From Eledone cirrhosa (lineage: Eukaryota): a stretch of 64,000 nucleotides of DNA. Every line of letters starts with the position of its first letter. The stretch's first letter is position 1. Where the stretch lies: NCBI GenBank assembly GCA_964016885.1, contig OZ024745.1, positions 22,940,001 through 23,004,000 on the forward strand, read 5' to 3'. The position numbers were made by a program, and so were the translations under genes. The notes beneath the pieces are model-generated. The model ran no database searches and had not been told where the DNA came from. It saw only the letters and a program-made list of their open reading frames with translations. Shown piece by piece: positions 26,788 to 40,593 of the stretch.

Positions 26788-26823
<36 letters not shown>

Positions 26824-26959
26824 CATACATACATACAGACATACAGACATACATACATATAGACATACATACATACAAACATGCGTATAGACATACATAC
26901 ATAGATACATGCATATAGATATATATACATACAATACATAAAATACATACATACATGTG

Positions 26960-27745
26960 TGAGTGTGTATGTTTGGCTGTGTATGTGCGTATGTGCGTGA
27001 GTATGTGTGTGTGTATGTGTGCATGTGGGTGTGTATGTAGGTGTCTCAGTCTGTGGGTGTGTATGTGTGTATGTGCGTGAGTATGTGTGTATGTGTGTAT
27101 GCATGTGTGTATTTCTGTGGGTGTGTATGTCGGTGCCTCAGTCTGTGTGTATGTGTGTATGTGCGTGAGTATGTGTGTATGTGTGTATGCATGTGTGTGT
27201 GTGTATCTCTGTGGGTGTGTATGTCGGTGCCTCAGTCTGTGTGTGTGTGTATGTGTGTATGTGCGTGAGTATGTGTGTATGTGTGTATGCATGTGTGTGT
27301 GTGTATCTCTGTGTGTGTGTGTCGGTGCCTCAGTCTGTGTGTATGTGTATGTGTGTATGTGCGTGAGTATGTGTGTATGTGCGTATGCATGTGTGTGTGT
27401 GTATCTCTGTGGGTATGTATGTCGGTGCCTCAGTCTGTGTGTGTATGTGTGTATGTGCGTATGCATGTGTGTGTGTGTATCTCTGTGGGTGTGTACGTCA
27501 GTGCCTCAGTCTGTGTGTGTATGTGTATGTGTGTATGTGCGTATGCATGTGTGTGTGTATCTCTGTGGGTGTGTATGTCAGTGCCTCAGTCTGTGTGTGT
27601 GTGTATGTGTGTATGTGCGTATGCATGTGTGTGTGTATCTCTGTGTATGTCGGTGCCTCAGTCTGTGTGTGTGTGTATGTGTGTATGTGCGTATGCATGT
27701 GTGTGTGTATCTCTGTGTATGTCGGTGCCTCAGTCTGTGTGTGTG
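26960..27745. repeat. TG-rich minisatellite with a gtcggtgcctcagtct anchor (~60-100 bp units)
   Basis: About 9 recurring anchors. Confidence 0.85.
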
Positions 27746-28129
27746 GGGGGGGGGGATTCAATGTTTCCTCATGACTGTCATGGTTGTGATGTTATTCTAA
27801 AATATGATGGCGAAACAGAAGTGAGATGTTGTGAATAATTTATTGAGAAGCAGGAGCAGCCTTGACAAACATGGCTACCCGGAACCGGAAGTGAACGGAG
27901 GAGACATTGAATAAGACACATACATACTTGGACACCTGGTGTTTAGTAACTAACACGCGGATTTCATATATATATATATATACATACATATATAAATATA
28001 TATTTGTAGTAAGGTTGCTTGGATGCGTCCATAAGCGGTATGCCGGTTGAGCACTCTATGCTCCTTCAGAGCAGAGTATGATAAAATGAAAAACGAAGAA
28101 TCAGTGATGCATCCGAACACAATTTATTA

Positions 28130-28890
28130 CGCCTGCGGCTGGCCAGCTCAGCGCCTATGGTGGTGAGTAAGGAGGTAGCCCTGGGGCCGAAGACACCAGA
28201 AGTTTCCACTGCCAGGGGAACGACCGCAAACCTGTCGGAGAGTGACCGGTATTTGAGGAGTGTGGACCCCTCAGCCAGACGTGCAGCAGAACCTGGGTCA
28301 GTCGCAGACTGCACCAGGTTGCGGCTGCAGAAAGTGTCGGTGCAAGTGGCATCCCAGACGAGGGGTTTGCCCCCGCGGAACGGGAAGATGGTCATGCCAT
28401 CTTGCCTTTTGCCGTCCCCTCGATCCAGCCCCACAGATTCGAGCTTGGAAGGGAAGCGTGCAGCGTCAAAGCCATGCTTAATGACATCGTTGAGGGCAGT
28501 ATGGTGTGGAATGCGGCCGGCACTGTGGCGACAGGAAAGCGGGTGGAGGCCGAAAGAGTCCACGGTGGAACCGCAGCGACATTGGTGTGGCTGGCAGATC
28601 CGGAGGCCGAGCCTCAGAGAAACGCCGATTCGCAGGCTATGGTTGTCTAGCTGCGTGCCAGTGGAGAAGGAGGGCAGAGCATGGAGCCAGGCACCACTGT
28701 GGGGTTTGGAGGCCGCACGAAAACAAGCAAGGCGGTGCTGGTCGAGCTGGCACGTGAGCCTGTCTGAAGCCAGGCTGCACTAGATGGCATCCCAAGTGCA
28801 TTGGGGGGACTAGCGCGTCTCCCTTGCCGTCCCCCGGGGAAACGCCTTCTCCATTCTGTCCGCCGGGTCTGTGGGTGGGCCCCATCGCGT
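28130..28890 (-). mobile_element. CRE-like non-LTR retrotransposon fragment: zinc knuckle plus restriction-like endonuclease
   Basis: CRCGSTVDSFGLHPLSC...HHTALND...DGKRQDG...LVWDATCTDT...PLAVETSG. An inverted C-terminal piece lies at ~28810-28890. Confidence 0.85.
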
Positions 28891-29301
28891 ACCAATACAT
28901 TAGTTAAATACCATTCTTTCATCGTTACAACTTATATCCACATTAATGACGTATTATCTTTGTTGTCACTCTACATTTGTAATGTTATTTATACAACCGC
29001 AAATAAAATAATTTATTACGTATTACAGATGTTTCTCCGGCGAACAGCTTGAGGTGCGATCTGTTTGTGGATCGAATCTGACTCTGGATTCGCAAGTTCC
29101 TCAGACACGTCTAGTAATTTCGAAATAAATCCTCTTTCAGTTGTGTGTGTGTGTATATATATATATATATGTATATATGTATATATATATATGTATGTTT
29201 ATATGTATGTATGTATGTATATATATATATATATACATACATACATACATATAAACATACATATATATATATATACATATATACATATATATACATACAT
29301 A

Positions 29302-29360
<59 letters not shown>

Positions 29361-29362
<2 letters not shown>

Positions 29363-29970
29363 GGTGGCTGCCAACTCGTTTTCGAGTACGGCCACTACTT
29401 TATATCCATGTAGGAGAACCCCTACCGATGCGCTGAACGAGTGTGACTTTTTAGTCCAGCCAGCGACTTGAAAACTCTGGTACAAACACTACACCTGTGA
29501 CAATTATTGACACATAGTGCTGGGCCCATGGTACCATGTGACGACAAGTGCAGAGAGATCTCCAGATATAAAGCAATGCCTGTGCTGTGAAGCTTTTATA
29601 GTGAGCAAAGGCACTGCACAAAGCCAGTCCCACTCTCTTAACCAAGATGATATTTACCAAAAAGAAGAACAATTCAACATCATTGGATACCATCAGGGTT
29701 GCAGGTGTTATATCAGAGTTTTCCTTCTCCTAGAATTCTGCCTTGACAAAGGCTAAGGGGTCATCTCTCCCGGTGATTTTGGATGGCTATTGACTCTTAA
29801 GAGGCCCTTTGCCTTTTGACAGGTTTTGTTTTTAGTCCTACAGGATGTCCAAAGCCACCCTCCTCACCAAGAAACCTTGGTGGGGTTGCCAGTTTAGTCG
29901 CCAACGACCCGACCATGAGACAGGTTGTACTGGGATACATGTTACCAGTAGCACCAACTGGTGACCTGAC
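29361..29970 (-). mobile_element. Non-autonomous RTE derivative, copy 3
   Basis: Near-identical to the other two copies. Confidence 0.85.
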
Positions 29971-30615
29971 ATATATATATATACATACATATACATACAC
30001 ATATATACATACATACACACACATATATACATACATACATACATACATATACATACATACACACATACATATACATACATACACACATATATACATACAT
30101 ACACATATATATATACATACATATACACATATACATACACACATACATACACACACATATACATACATACACATATACATACACATATACATACATATAT
30201 ACATATACATACACACATATATATACATACATACATATATATATACATACATATATATATACACACATACACTCATACATACATACACACATACATGCTT
30301 ACATATACATACATACATGATGGCTGCCCCCTCGTTATCGAGTATGGCCATTGCACGAGGAGAAAAAAAAATAACAATAAGTAAATAAAAAATAAAATTA
30401 AATAAAAAAAGAAATATATATATATATATATACACACACACATACATACACACATATATATATACATACACACATATACATTAATAACAATAATAATAAT
30501 AACGAGAATAATAATACCGACAACAACAACAATAATAATATACATATACATATATATATACACACACACGCACACACATAAACATATCTATACACACACA
30601 CACTCACGATAGCAA

Positions 30616-33600
30616 CTAACAGCGCTCCGATCGAATGTGGCTTTTTAGCCCAGCCAATGATCTAAAATGTCTTGCACAGAGTCGGCAACCAAAACATTCA
30701 CTGGAAATAGTCGGTTGTGGTTGGAGTTCGTGTACTTTTGCATGTCGCTTGAGCCCTCCTGCTGATCTACATTCTCTACCACATGTTTGGCAAGCATGAT
30801 GAGTAGCATCTCCAACAGCAGCCTGGTAGTCAACCACTGGTCTTACTTTATGACTGCGAAGATGACTTTCGAGTCCAGCTTTGCTTAGGCAGAGTCTCGC
30901 ACAGACGCTGCATGTCAGCACCATTGGAGGACCCTCGCCGTCTGGAAGTGCAACAGCAATGCCCTTCCTCACATCCCGCTTTACTTTCTCGTATGCGATT
31001 CGAGATGCCTCAAAGGCAACTTTTCCCTCATATACAGTCTTTCTCCATTTATTACGATCAGCAGCAATATTTTCCCATGTATCAGCAGAGATGTTAGCGT
31101 CTTTCAAAGAGGTTTTCAAGGAATCCTTATACCTCTTTTTTGGTTTATGTGGCGGTCGTTTTCCTGTAACCAACTCTCTATAAAAGAGTTGTTTTGGTAT
31201 TCTAGAATCCTTCATCCAGGCAAGGTGACCACTCCAACGGAGTCGTTGCTTAAGAACAAGAGCTTCTATACTGTCACACATAGAGCTTTCCAAAATCTCG
31301 ACATCACTGATGTGGTCCCTCCAGTGAACGCCATGGATACATCTGAGACACATCTGATGGAAACGCTCCTATTGCTTAAGGTGGTGTCGATATGTGACCC
31401 AGGTCTCGCAGGCATAAAGAAGACAAGAGAACACACATGCCTTGTACACCTTTACCTTTGTCCTCCTGCATATGTCTCGCCGACCCCAGAGTCGCCTTTC
31501 TAGTTTTCCGAAAGCATCACTTGCTTTCCTAATCCTAAGTGAGATTTCACTGTCAAGGTTGCTGTATCGATTGACAGTGCTTCCCAGGTAGACAAACTGA
31601 TCAACCACTCCAAGTCGTTTACCATACACATACATATTTGGTTCAGTGTACTGCTTACCAGAGGCAGGTTGGTACATGACGACGGTTTTCTTGAGACTGA
31701 CAGTCAATCCTAGGGGCAGTGCAAGCGTCAGAAAATGCATTCAAAATGTGCTGCATATCACTCTCTGTGTGCGCTACAAGATCGCAATCATCTGCATAGA
31801 AGAGGTCTCTTATGATTGATGTAAATACTTTTGTCTTTGCAGCAAAGCGCCTGATGTTAAATATGCTGCCTGAGGTTCGATATCGGATGTAAACACCATG
31901 CTCGCAATTCCTGATGCAATACAGAAAACCATTGCAAAGTATATGGCAAACAGGGTCGGTGTTGGAATATCCCCCTGTTTCACACCATTTTTTACTGAGA
32001 TAGGCTCCGACATGTTACCTCCGACATTAACCCAAGCCTTCATGTCGTCATGGAAAGACCTAACTAAAGCAAGGAACTTATCAGGGCAACCAAGTTTCTG
32101 GAGAACCTTCCATAATGCATCTCTATTAACAGTATCGAAAGCTTTTGTCAGATCGACAAAAACCTGATACAGATCCAAACCTTGTTCAATGCACTTCTCC
32201 TGGAGCTGTCTAGCTGAGAAGATCATATCAGTAGTGCCGCGTCCAGTACGAAAACCAGATTGACTTTCAGGAAGAACACAATCTGCAATTGTGTCAGCAG
32301 GCGGTCGAGAAGCACCCTACATAAAACTTTCCCTACGACAGAAAGCAATGATATACCTCTGTAGTTCCCACAATCATTCCTGTTACCCTTTCTCTTGTAC
32401 AAGACCACCATTACTGCATCTCTCCAGTCCTCAAGTACGGATTCATTAGCCCATATCCCGCCAAACAAAGAGTGAAGATGTTGCAGGAGTCTCTCACCAC
32501 CATATTGTAGGAGCTCAGCATGTATGCCATCCATACCTGGAGACCTTCCACTGTTCAGCTTCGAGATAGCCAACTGCAACCTCCACAAGCGTCGGAGGTT
32601 CTGCGAGAGCTACTTTCACAGGACTTTCTGGAATGAGATTGAAGAAATCTTCACTGACGACAGATGGCTGATTCAAAAGATCATCAAAGTGCTCTCGCCA
32701 CCTTCGTAGAATTCCTTGTGAGTCACGAAGAAGTTATTTGCCATCCTTGCTGCGAAGCGGTGTCACCAGAGAAGAAGACGGTCCATAAACCTCACGCAAG
32801 AGACTGTACAACAGCTTTGTGTTATTGGAATCTGACGCAGTTTGTATCTCACCAGCCTTCTCACTCCACCACTGATCCTTCATCTGAGAAAGACTCCGCC
32901 TAACACGTGATTTTACATCCTTGAGTTCCTCATGCAACGTATTCCTCTCCTGTGGTTTTGCCGTCAAGTAGCGTGACAGAGCACGCCTCTTATCAGCCAA
33001 CAAGTCTTCTATGTGTACATCATTCTCATTAAACCAGTCCTGATGTTTTCTCTGCACCAATCCCAGAACACGCCTGCCTACATCATAAACCGACTTTTTA
33101 AGGTTCGGCCAATCCTCACCAAGATCTGCAGCCTGCATCTCTTCTTCCAATGTCCTCTTCACATTTTTATCCTTAAGACGAGCAGCATTCAATCTTTTGG
33201 GCAGGGTAACACCAGGAGCCCGGATTTTACTTTTAGTGATTAGTTTCACTTTTGCGCGTACCAGGCGGTTGTCTGTCCAGCACTGAGCTCCACGAAGAGC
33301 ACGAACACACTGCACATCCTGTCTATCACGCATCCTGACTAGGACGTAGTCCAAAAGATGTCATTCCTTAGATGCAGGATGCATCCATTGTGGTCTTGAA
33401 TTTGTTCTTTTGTTGGAACACGGTGCTGGTAACACACAGATCCAGCTCCTCACACATCTGCAGCAGGAGCATACCATTGCTGTTACACTTTCCCACCCCA
33501 TGCCTTCCGATTACATTCCATCTGTTAAAATGCCTACCCACTCTAGCATTAAAGTCACCAAGCACGATGACTTTGTCTGCCTGAGGGATATTTCTTAAAA

Positions 33601-34000
33601 CACCTTTCAAGGCGTGGTAAAAGACACTTTTTCTTCATCGACAGAATTCATAGTTGGAGCATACACACTCACCAGGGTCGCATATCTTCCTTTGTCCAGC
33701 GGAATTCTCATGGACATAAGACGCTCACTAATCCCTACTGGGAATTCTTCTAATTTATTCACAAGAACAGTCTTAACAGCAAATCCTACCCCAGCCTCTC
33801 TTCTGGTACCTTCATCTCTTCCTTTCCAGAAGAATGTATATTCTCCACAAAATTCTGTAAGATGACCATCTTCAGCTAACCTCGTCTCAGACGTAACGTC
33901 GAAGCTCCTTTGCAGCAAGAGCGGTCCTTCGTTCAGGACGCTCCAAGGAATCCCTGTCAAGCAGCGTCCGTACGTTCCAGCAGCCAAGACTAAATGACTT
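30616..34000 (-). pseudogene. RTE ORF (endonuclease-RT-3x C2H2), multiple frameshifts
   Basis: Collinear ORF pieces 33607-33987, 33368-33610, 32734-33354, 32223-32588, 31810-32226, 31369-31740 and 30616-31353. Confidence 0.92.
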
Positions 34001-34197
34001 GTTTGGCTCTATTACAATGGCACGATGACGAGCGGGCCCAGGCTGTGATAACCTGGGGCCCCTGCCCTTATTGCCAATTATCTTTTTTGTTCCAGAACCT
34101 AAATTGCCAATTATCTCTTTTATATTGTTCTGGAACATCATTGAATTGGGAAAAAAAAAAAAAAAAAAACTAATAATAATAGTAATAATAATAATAA

Positions 34198-35182
34198 TTA
34201 TTATTATTATTATTTCATTTATTAGCCACAAGGGCCGACATGTAGGGGACAATACAAAGACAGGGACAGTGGGGGTTTACAATAAGGTCGAGTAAAAGTG
34301 CACAATGGCAAGACTAATTTAACAATGAAAATATAAAAATATAAAATAAACTATGCATAAATATAACAAAATAAATTCCTCGATAGGGGGTGGACGACCC
34401 TGGGGTGATTCGGGTACCCCACCAATCCTGAACCACCCTGCGCTTCTAGGGCACCCAGGATAGCACCCCTCTCCTCAAGTTAGCCAGCCTATAGGCGCAT
34501 GGCCAGAGTAGGCCCATTCACACGAGCCATTCTCGCCACATTCACCCACCTTTTAGCAAATGTACTGGGGGGAAGCACTTCTCTCTCCACCCTCACCCTC
34601 CTTTCCAGGTGAAACTTGAAGAAGTTGATGAGGGATTGGCCGAAGAGAAAAGTGTCTGTCTTTAGTCCTTTCAACCTGGTCCACCATATAATCTCTTTCG
34701 CAACTGCCACCAGACAGAGGAAAATGTCCTGCTCTTCCTGACCTAAGGAAGGTGGCGGCTCGATCTTCACTATGGACTCGGCCGATAGCCGGATTCGTTC
34801 CACACGTGACAGTAGCTGTTGGACATAACTCCACAAGTCAGTAATGCACGGACACTGGACAAGTGCGTGCAGAACAGTTTCGTCGTTCTGTGCGCATCTT
34901 GGGCAGGTCCGTCTGACAGCACTTCCGTGCCTGTAGAGTTTATCCCGAACCGGCAGTGCCCCCCGGTAGCACTGCCAAGCGAGGGATTTCTGGAAATTGT
35001 CCATCGTCCCCGGTTCAAAAGTCCTCCGGTACAGACTGGTCAGTTCGACTTCGTCGAGGACCAAAGCTTCTCCGAGTGCGTCATCGCACTTGCCCACCAC
35101 TAATCCTCTATAGAACTCGAGAGTTCCCCTTATCGCATTGCCCGCTTGGTAGAGGGCAGTGAGTGCCTGGCAACATTCCAGG
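34198..35182 (-). mobile_element. 5'-truncated L1/Tx1-clade LINE, zf-RVT C-terminus plus 3' UTR
   Basis: LAWQCYRGALPVRDKL...CPRCAQNDETVLHALVQC. AATAAA followed by an (AAT)n tail. Confidence 0.85.
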
Positions 35183-35799
35183 TAATAATAATAATAATAA
35201 TAACACACTATTAATAATTATTAATGCACTCGTGCAATGCCTGTGCGTGACGAATATTTTTAAAGTGAGGAAAGACTGTGCACTGAGCCAATCCCACTCT
35301 CTGAGCGACAGTAGCTATAACCTGAAAAGAAGAAAAGATCAACATCATCGGTAACTACTGAGCCGCAGGTTTTATGTCGGAGTTAACCCAGTTTCCTGAG
35401 ATGCCTCTCCTAGAAGAATGCCCTGATAAGGGCTGGGGGTTCTTAACTCCCAGTGGTTTAACTGCGCGATCGGGCATCCAGCCCGATTATTTCTATGTCG
35501 CTGCGCAAAAACAAAAACAAAAAAAACCTCACTTTTTGACACTTATCCGTACGACATACACACACGCGCATACATACGCGCGCACACACACGCATACATA
35601 CGCGCGCGCACACGCATACATACGCGCGCACACAACAACACTCATACATACAAACAAACACACACACGCTACTCACTTACACACACACACGCATATATAT
35701 ATATATTACCGTCATTACTGATACAAGATTACAAGATTATGTCAACTGTTGACTTTCAAGAGTTCGTATAGTTGAAGCCGTTCGTATTACAGTCCAGTA

Positions 35800-36252
35800 T
35801 TATTATAATTGCTTTACAGCATAGAGCTATGGCTCTCCACGCTCTGAGCTTAAATCCTGCCGAGGTCAACCTTGCCCTTCATCCCCACGGAGTCAACAAA
35901 AGAGAGTACCAGTAATGCGCTGGACCAGTCGCTGGATCCGTGCCAAAAGCAGAAACATTAGAGGTTAACTTTGCCTTTCATCCTTACGGGGTCGATAAAA
36001 TAAAGTACCAGTAATGCACTGGGATAATTGATGGCCCTTGTGCCAAAAGTAGAAACAATTATTATTATTGGCAGTATCAATAGAGGGTCGGACGCCATGC
36101 TTTCCAGGATAGTTACGTCCCTTTACGATCTGATTTCAAATCCCGCCGAGGTTGACTTTGCCTTTCATCCTTACGGGGTCGATAAAATAAAGTACCAGTA
36201 ATGCACTGGGTGTTTGCTGGCCTTGTGCCTAAAAGTAGAAAATTATTATTAT
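35800..36252 (+). mobile_element. Tandem cluster of three Nin/Deu-type SINE copies
   Basis: Repeated aactttgcctttcatccttacggggtcgataaaataaagtaccag. Confidence 0.85.
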
Positions 36253-36732
36253 TAAAGTTGTTTTCTTAAGGCCCGGTCGCTGATGGTGGTGGTGGTGGCA
36301 GTTGGTGTTGTGTGCGTGTGTGTGTGTTTTGTTATTTTGAGTTTTTGTTTGTTTGTGGAATTTTGATTTTTTTTTTTTTATCGTTTGATGCCGCTGGTGT
36401 TGTAAATGTTCATTTCAATTCATTCTGAAGCTGTTGTTGCTATAACATGGCTAAAATTCAAATTTTGCAAAGAGAAGAAAACGAACAAATGAACTATATA
36501 CATCTCACTGTCCCCCACCACCACAATAACGTCTACACTCTCTCCCCACCATTACATGTCATTACCCTAAAGTCAATGACCTGTTGTCAAACTCTCTACT
36601 CTGTGTTGAATGTGTATATATATATATGTATGTATATGTGTGTATATACATCACTCAGTCAAACGACCAGATTTCAACCCCAACATCTACAACAACAACA
36701 CCGGCACTAATGTTTACAGCAACAACATACAT

Positions 36733-36838
36733 ACATGATGGCTGCCTCCTCGTTATCGAGTATGGCCATTGCACGAGGAGAAAAAAAAAAAAATAATAAT
36801 AATAATAAATAAATAAAAAATAAAATAAAATTAAAAAA

Positions 36839-36895
<57 letters not shown>

Positions 36896-37470
36896 TATAC
36901 ATATATACACACACATATATATACACACACATATACATTAATAACAATAATAATAATAATAATAACAACAATAATAATAACGACAACAGCAATAATAATA
37001 TACATATACATATATATATACACACACACGCACACACATAAACATATCTATACACACACACACTCACGATAGCAACTAACAGCGCTGCGATCGAATGTGG
37101 CTTTTTAGCCCAGCCAATGATCTAAAATGTCTTGCACAGAGTCGGCAACCAAAACATTCACTGGGAATAGTCGGTTGTGGTTGGAGTTCGTGTACTTTTG
37201 CATGTCGCTTGAGCCCTCCTGCTGATCTACATTCTCTACCACATGTTTGGCAAGCATGATGAGTAGCATCTCCAACAGCAGCCTGGTAGTCAACCACTGG
37301 TCTTACTTTATGACTGCGAAGATGACTTTCGAGTCCAGCTTTGCTTAGGCAGAGTCTCGCACAGACGCTGCATGTCAGCACCATAGGAGGACCCTCGCCG
37401 TCTGGAAGTGCAACAGCCCGCTTTACTTTCTCGTATGCGATTCGAGATGCATCAAAGGCAACTTTTCCCT
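36733..37470 (-). mobile_element. 5'-truncated copy of the RTE element (zinc-finger region plus 3' UTR)
   Basis: Near-identical to ~30317-31028. Confidence 0.92.
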
Positions 37471-38079
37471 AAAAAAAAAAATAAAAATAAAAAACATACA
37501 TACATACATACATATATACATATATATATATACATACATACATACATTCATACATACATTCATACATAATTTACTTTTAATTGGTATGGATATACAACAG
37601 CTGCAGTTTATTTATATACGAATTTAGATTTAATTTTTTCAGTCGGTAATTAGCGATGGGCTGCTACCTGGATGGAAACAGAAGTCGGACAGTCGTAGAT
37701 AGGAACAATGACCACAAGTGAGGCCATTTACTTGGTGTAGCGAAAGTCCCAGCCTGTATTACGATAAATCGACATCCACCGAACTAACATAAAAACTGTT
37801 ATTCAATATGGGAGTCTCAACTTTACATGGTCATTCGATTTTGTAGAAATAGCAAACAAAACTCCCTCAAGATACGCTTCCCGTTTTATAAGTAATTCTG
37901 AAGAAGGATGTGAATATTCAACCACCATTTTTCATGAGTGTCTGTTCAATATGTATTGAACTGGGCCACACAATAGCAAAACCTCTTCAGCTGCGTCCAA
38001 ATATTTGGCTATTTTTGGTAAAGATTCTTTTCAGTGGCTGATAATACCTTACCGGCGACACTAGAATAAGGTAATTATT

Positions 38080-38252
38080 TAACCCATAAATGGGGCCCTA
38101 ACAGTTACTACTACTCCGGGCCAGAGCAGACCTGGGAGTTATTACAACTAAGGGGTAACTCCACGTTCCCAACAGCTCCCGAACTCCTGAACTTCTGAAC
38201 CCCTGAACTGGAGCCTTGCCACTGGATGTAGTTTAATGTCATACCCAGGACA
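38080..38252 (-). mobile_element. Probable SINE/LINE-derived dispersed repeat fragment
   Basis: tgtcctgggtatgacattaaactacatcc...ggctccagttc...cccaggtctgctctggcccggagtagtag. Resembles a common cephalopod repeat from memory. Single copy in this window. Confidence 0.4.
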
Positions 38253-38475
38253 TTCATCAACATTCAAGTACACGCCGTACCAACATCTCAAAGACTTACA
38301 AATGCAGTACCATCTTAATGAGCGAAACCGCACTTCGATCAAAGTGACTGATGAGGTAGCGATGTGGTTGTCTATTTGTCTTATGTAACTGTGTGTATTT
38401 TCTACTGACACAATATCCACGCCAACATACAAAATCCCTTGTATAATAAATATAATGTACTTCATTATATATATA

Positions 38476-38510
<35 letters not shown>

Positions 38511-38527
<17 letters not shown>

Positions 38528-39109
38528 TGTAGTTCCAGTCTGTTTCTTTGTTCACGAATTCCTCCTACGGTTTTAGAGACCCCATAACCGTATATATTCT
38601 GAAACTATATTGCCAAGGGTACTTGGATAAGTATATTTCATTTTAATCAAAGGGTTCCCCGGGGGCACAAAACCCCCGCTGAAAACTTTTTCTCTTCGAC
38701 TTATATGAAATTTAAACCATAGGTAAATGACAAGATATGATGCCTAAATTTAAATAATATTAAGACACCCTAATGGGGGTTAATCACCCTATTAAGGTTC
38801 CCTTGGGGCACAAACCCCCGCTTACATTTTTTCCCTTCGATTTATTGCCTATTCACAAAAGTTTTGAATTGATATTTTGAAAAAAAATATTTACAAGAAA
38901 CAAAATAAGAATAAGATTTAATAATGTAATTTTGATTTGATATATTACAAAAAATAATGTTTTCCAATTTTTCATGCATTACATTTTACATTGAGTAATA
39001 TTGAAATGCAGAGTTTTTCTTCATAAATTATATCACTGATTTAAAATCAATCATCATTTTCTTACAAAAAAAATGTGTGAAACGCAACAAGGCGCGGGTA
39101 TTTCGGCTA

Positions 39110-39110
<1 letters not shown>
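38511..39110 (+). mobile_element. Non-autonomous Helitron
   Basis: Starts in (TA)n-aaagttg. 3' cgcaacaaggcgcgggta..CTAG|T. Internal duplication of ggttcc..ggggcacaaa.ccccgct. Confidence 0.7.
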
Positions 39111-39149
<39 letters not shown>

Positions 39150-39194
39150 TAGTATCCACGTGTATACATATGTAGTGTATATATGTATATATAT

Positions 39195-39405
39195 ATAGTC
39201 GATCGATTTTCTTCAAATCCGACCAAGGAAACAATGTTTTCGTTGGTCTTTACAATTGCTAATACTGTCTATCGGTCGCAACTCCAGGTAGAAGCTGCTA
39301 CGTGAAATAAAGTGTCTTGCTCAAGGACATAACGCAATCCAGGAATCGAACTCACAACATCGCGATTGCGAATCCAATTCTCTTACCACTCAGCCACACG
39401 CCTTC
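39195..39405 (-). mobile_element. CORE-like tRNA SINE
   Basis: Reverse complement of 56933-57140. Confidence 0.8.
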
Positions 39406-39467
39406 ACAAGTCTATATATATGCATGCATGTATACATATATATATATATGTATGTATATATATATAC

Positions 39468-39553
<86 letters not shown>

Positions 39554-39580
39554 ATGTATATATACATATATATATATGTA

Positions 39581-39677
<97 letters not shown>

Positions 39678-39719
39678 ATGTATATATACATATATATATG
39701 TTTATATATATATATATAT

Positions 39720-40593
39720 AAAGAATTTATATCTAGTAACATATATATACATACAAATGCATATCGATGCTAGCAAATATATAGGTTTTGTCTTAATAAC
39801 AGTGTGGCTCAATGCATGGGGTTGCAGAACAATAATATAAGAGACGTAAGATAAGAAAATTATAAAATTAACTTACTTACTAAAATATCACTTCCAACTA
39901 ATTAGTTTCTGGAATGGAGTAGATACATCTTCCGAAGAAGGTGTAGAGAAACATCCCGTCATCAGGAAAGTCTATTCTCATATAAGTTTCCAGGCAAAGC
40001 GAGGACTCTGGAAGCTTATTAAAAAATAAATCAGTGAATAGGAAATAGCAAAGCGTGGACTTACTTCCTAGCCGTTGAGAAAATCACTGCCTCTGTGTCT
40101 GTGACAAATTCAAAAAGAATCGAACACGTGACATCGAGGTCAATCGGTGGAAAGTGGGTTGTTAATAAGACAGCGGCCTGCCTACAACCGTAGCAGCAGT
40201 CATGGCCAGTATTGCTCGAAAAAATATTTTGGAGATAATAATAAAGAATTTATATCTAGTAACATATATATACATACAAATGCATATCGATGCTAGCAAA
40301 TATATAGTTTTTGTCTTAATAACATTGTGGTTCAATGCATGGGGTTGCAGAACAATAATATAAGAGACGTAAGATAAGAAAATTATAAAATTAACTTACT
40401 TACTAAAATATCACTTCCAACTAATTAGTTTCTGGAATGGAGTAGATACATCTTCCGAAGAAGGTGTATTCACTGATTTATTTTTTAATAAGCTTCCAGA
40501 GTCCTCGCTTTGCCTGGAAACTTATATGAGAATAGACTTTCCTGATGACGGGATGTTTCTCTACACCTTCTTCGGAAGATGTATCTTACGTCT

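Larger units (their letters stand above)
30317..35520 (-). mobile_element. Near full-length decayed RTE-clade LINE, interrupted in its 5' UTR
   Basis: APE (WNVRTL, SETRL, VYAPT, LGDFNARVG, DYVL), RT (NYRGISLLS, FVDLTKAFD, GVKQG, YADD), C-terminal zinc fingers, 3' end gataacgaggggcagccatc plus (ATGT)n. Confidence 0.92.

Noticed and set aside
27827-27955. Solo LTR (TGTT...AACA with a polyA signal)
   Set aside because: No TSD, PBS or PPT, and only one copy in the window.
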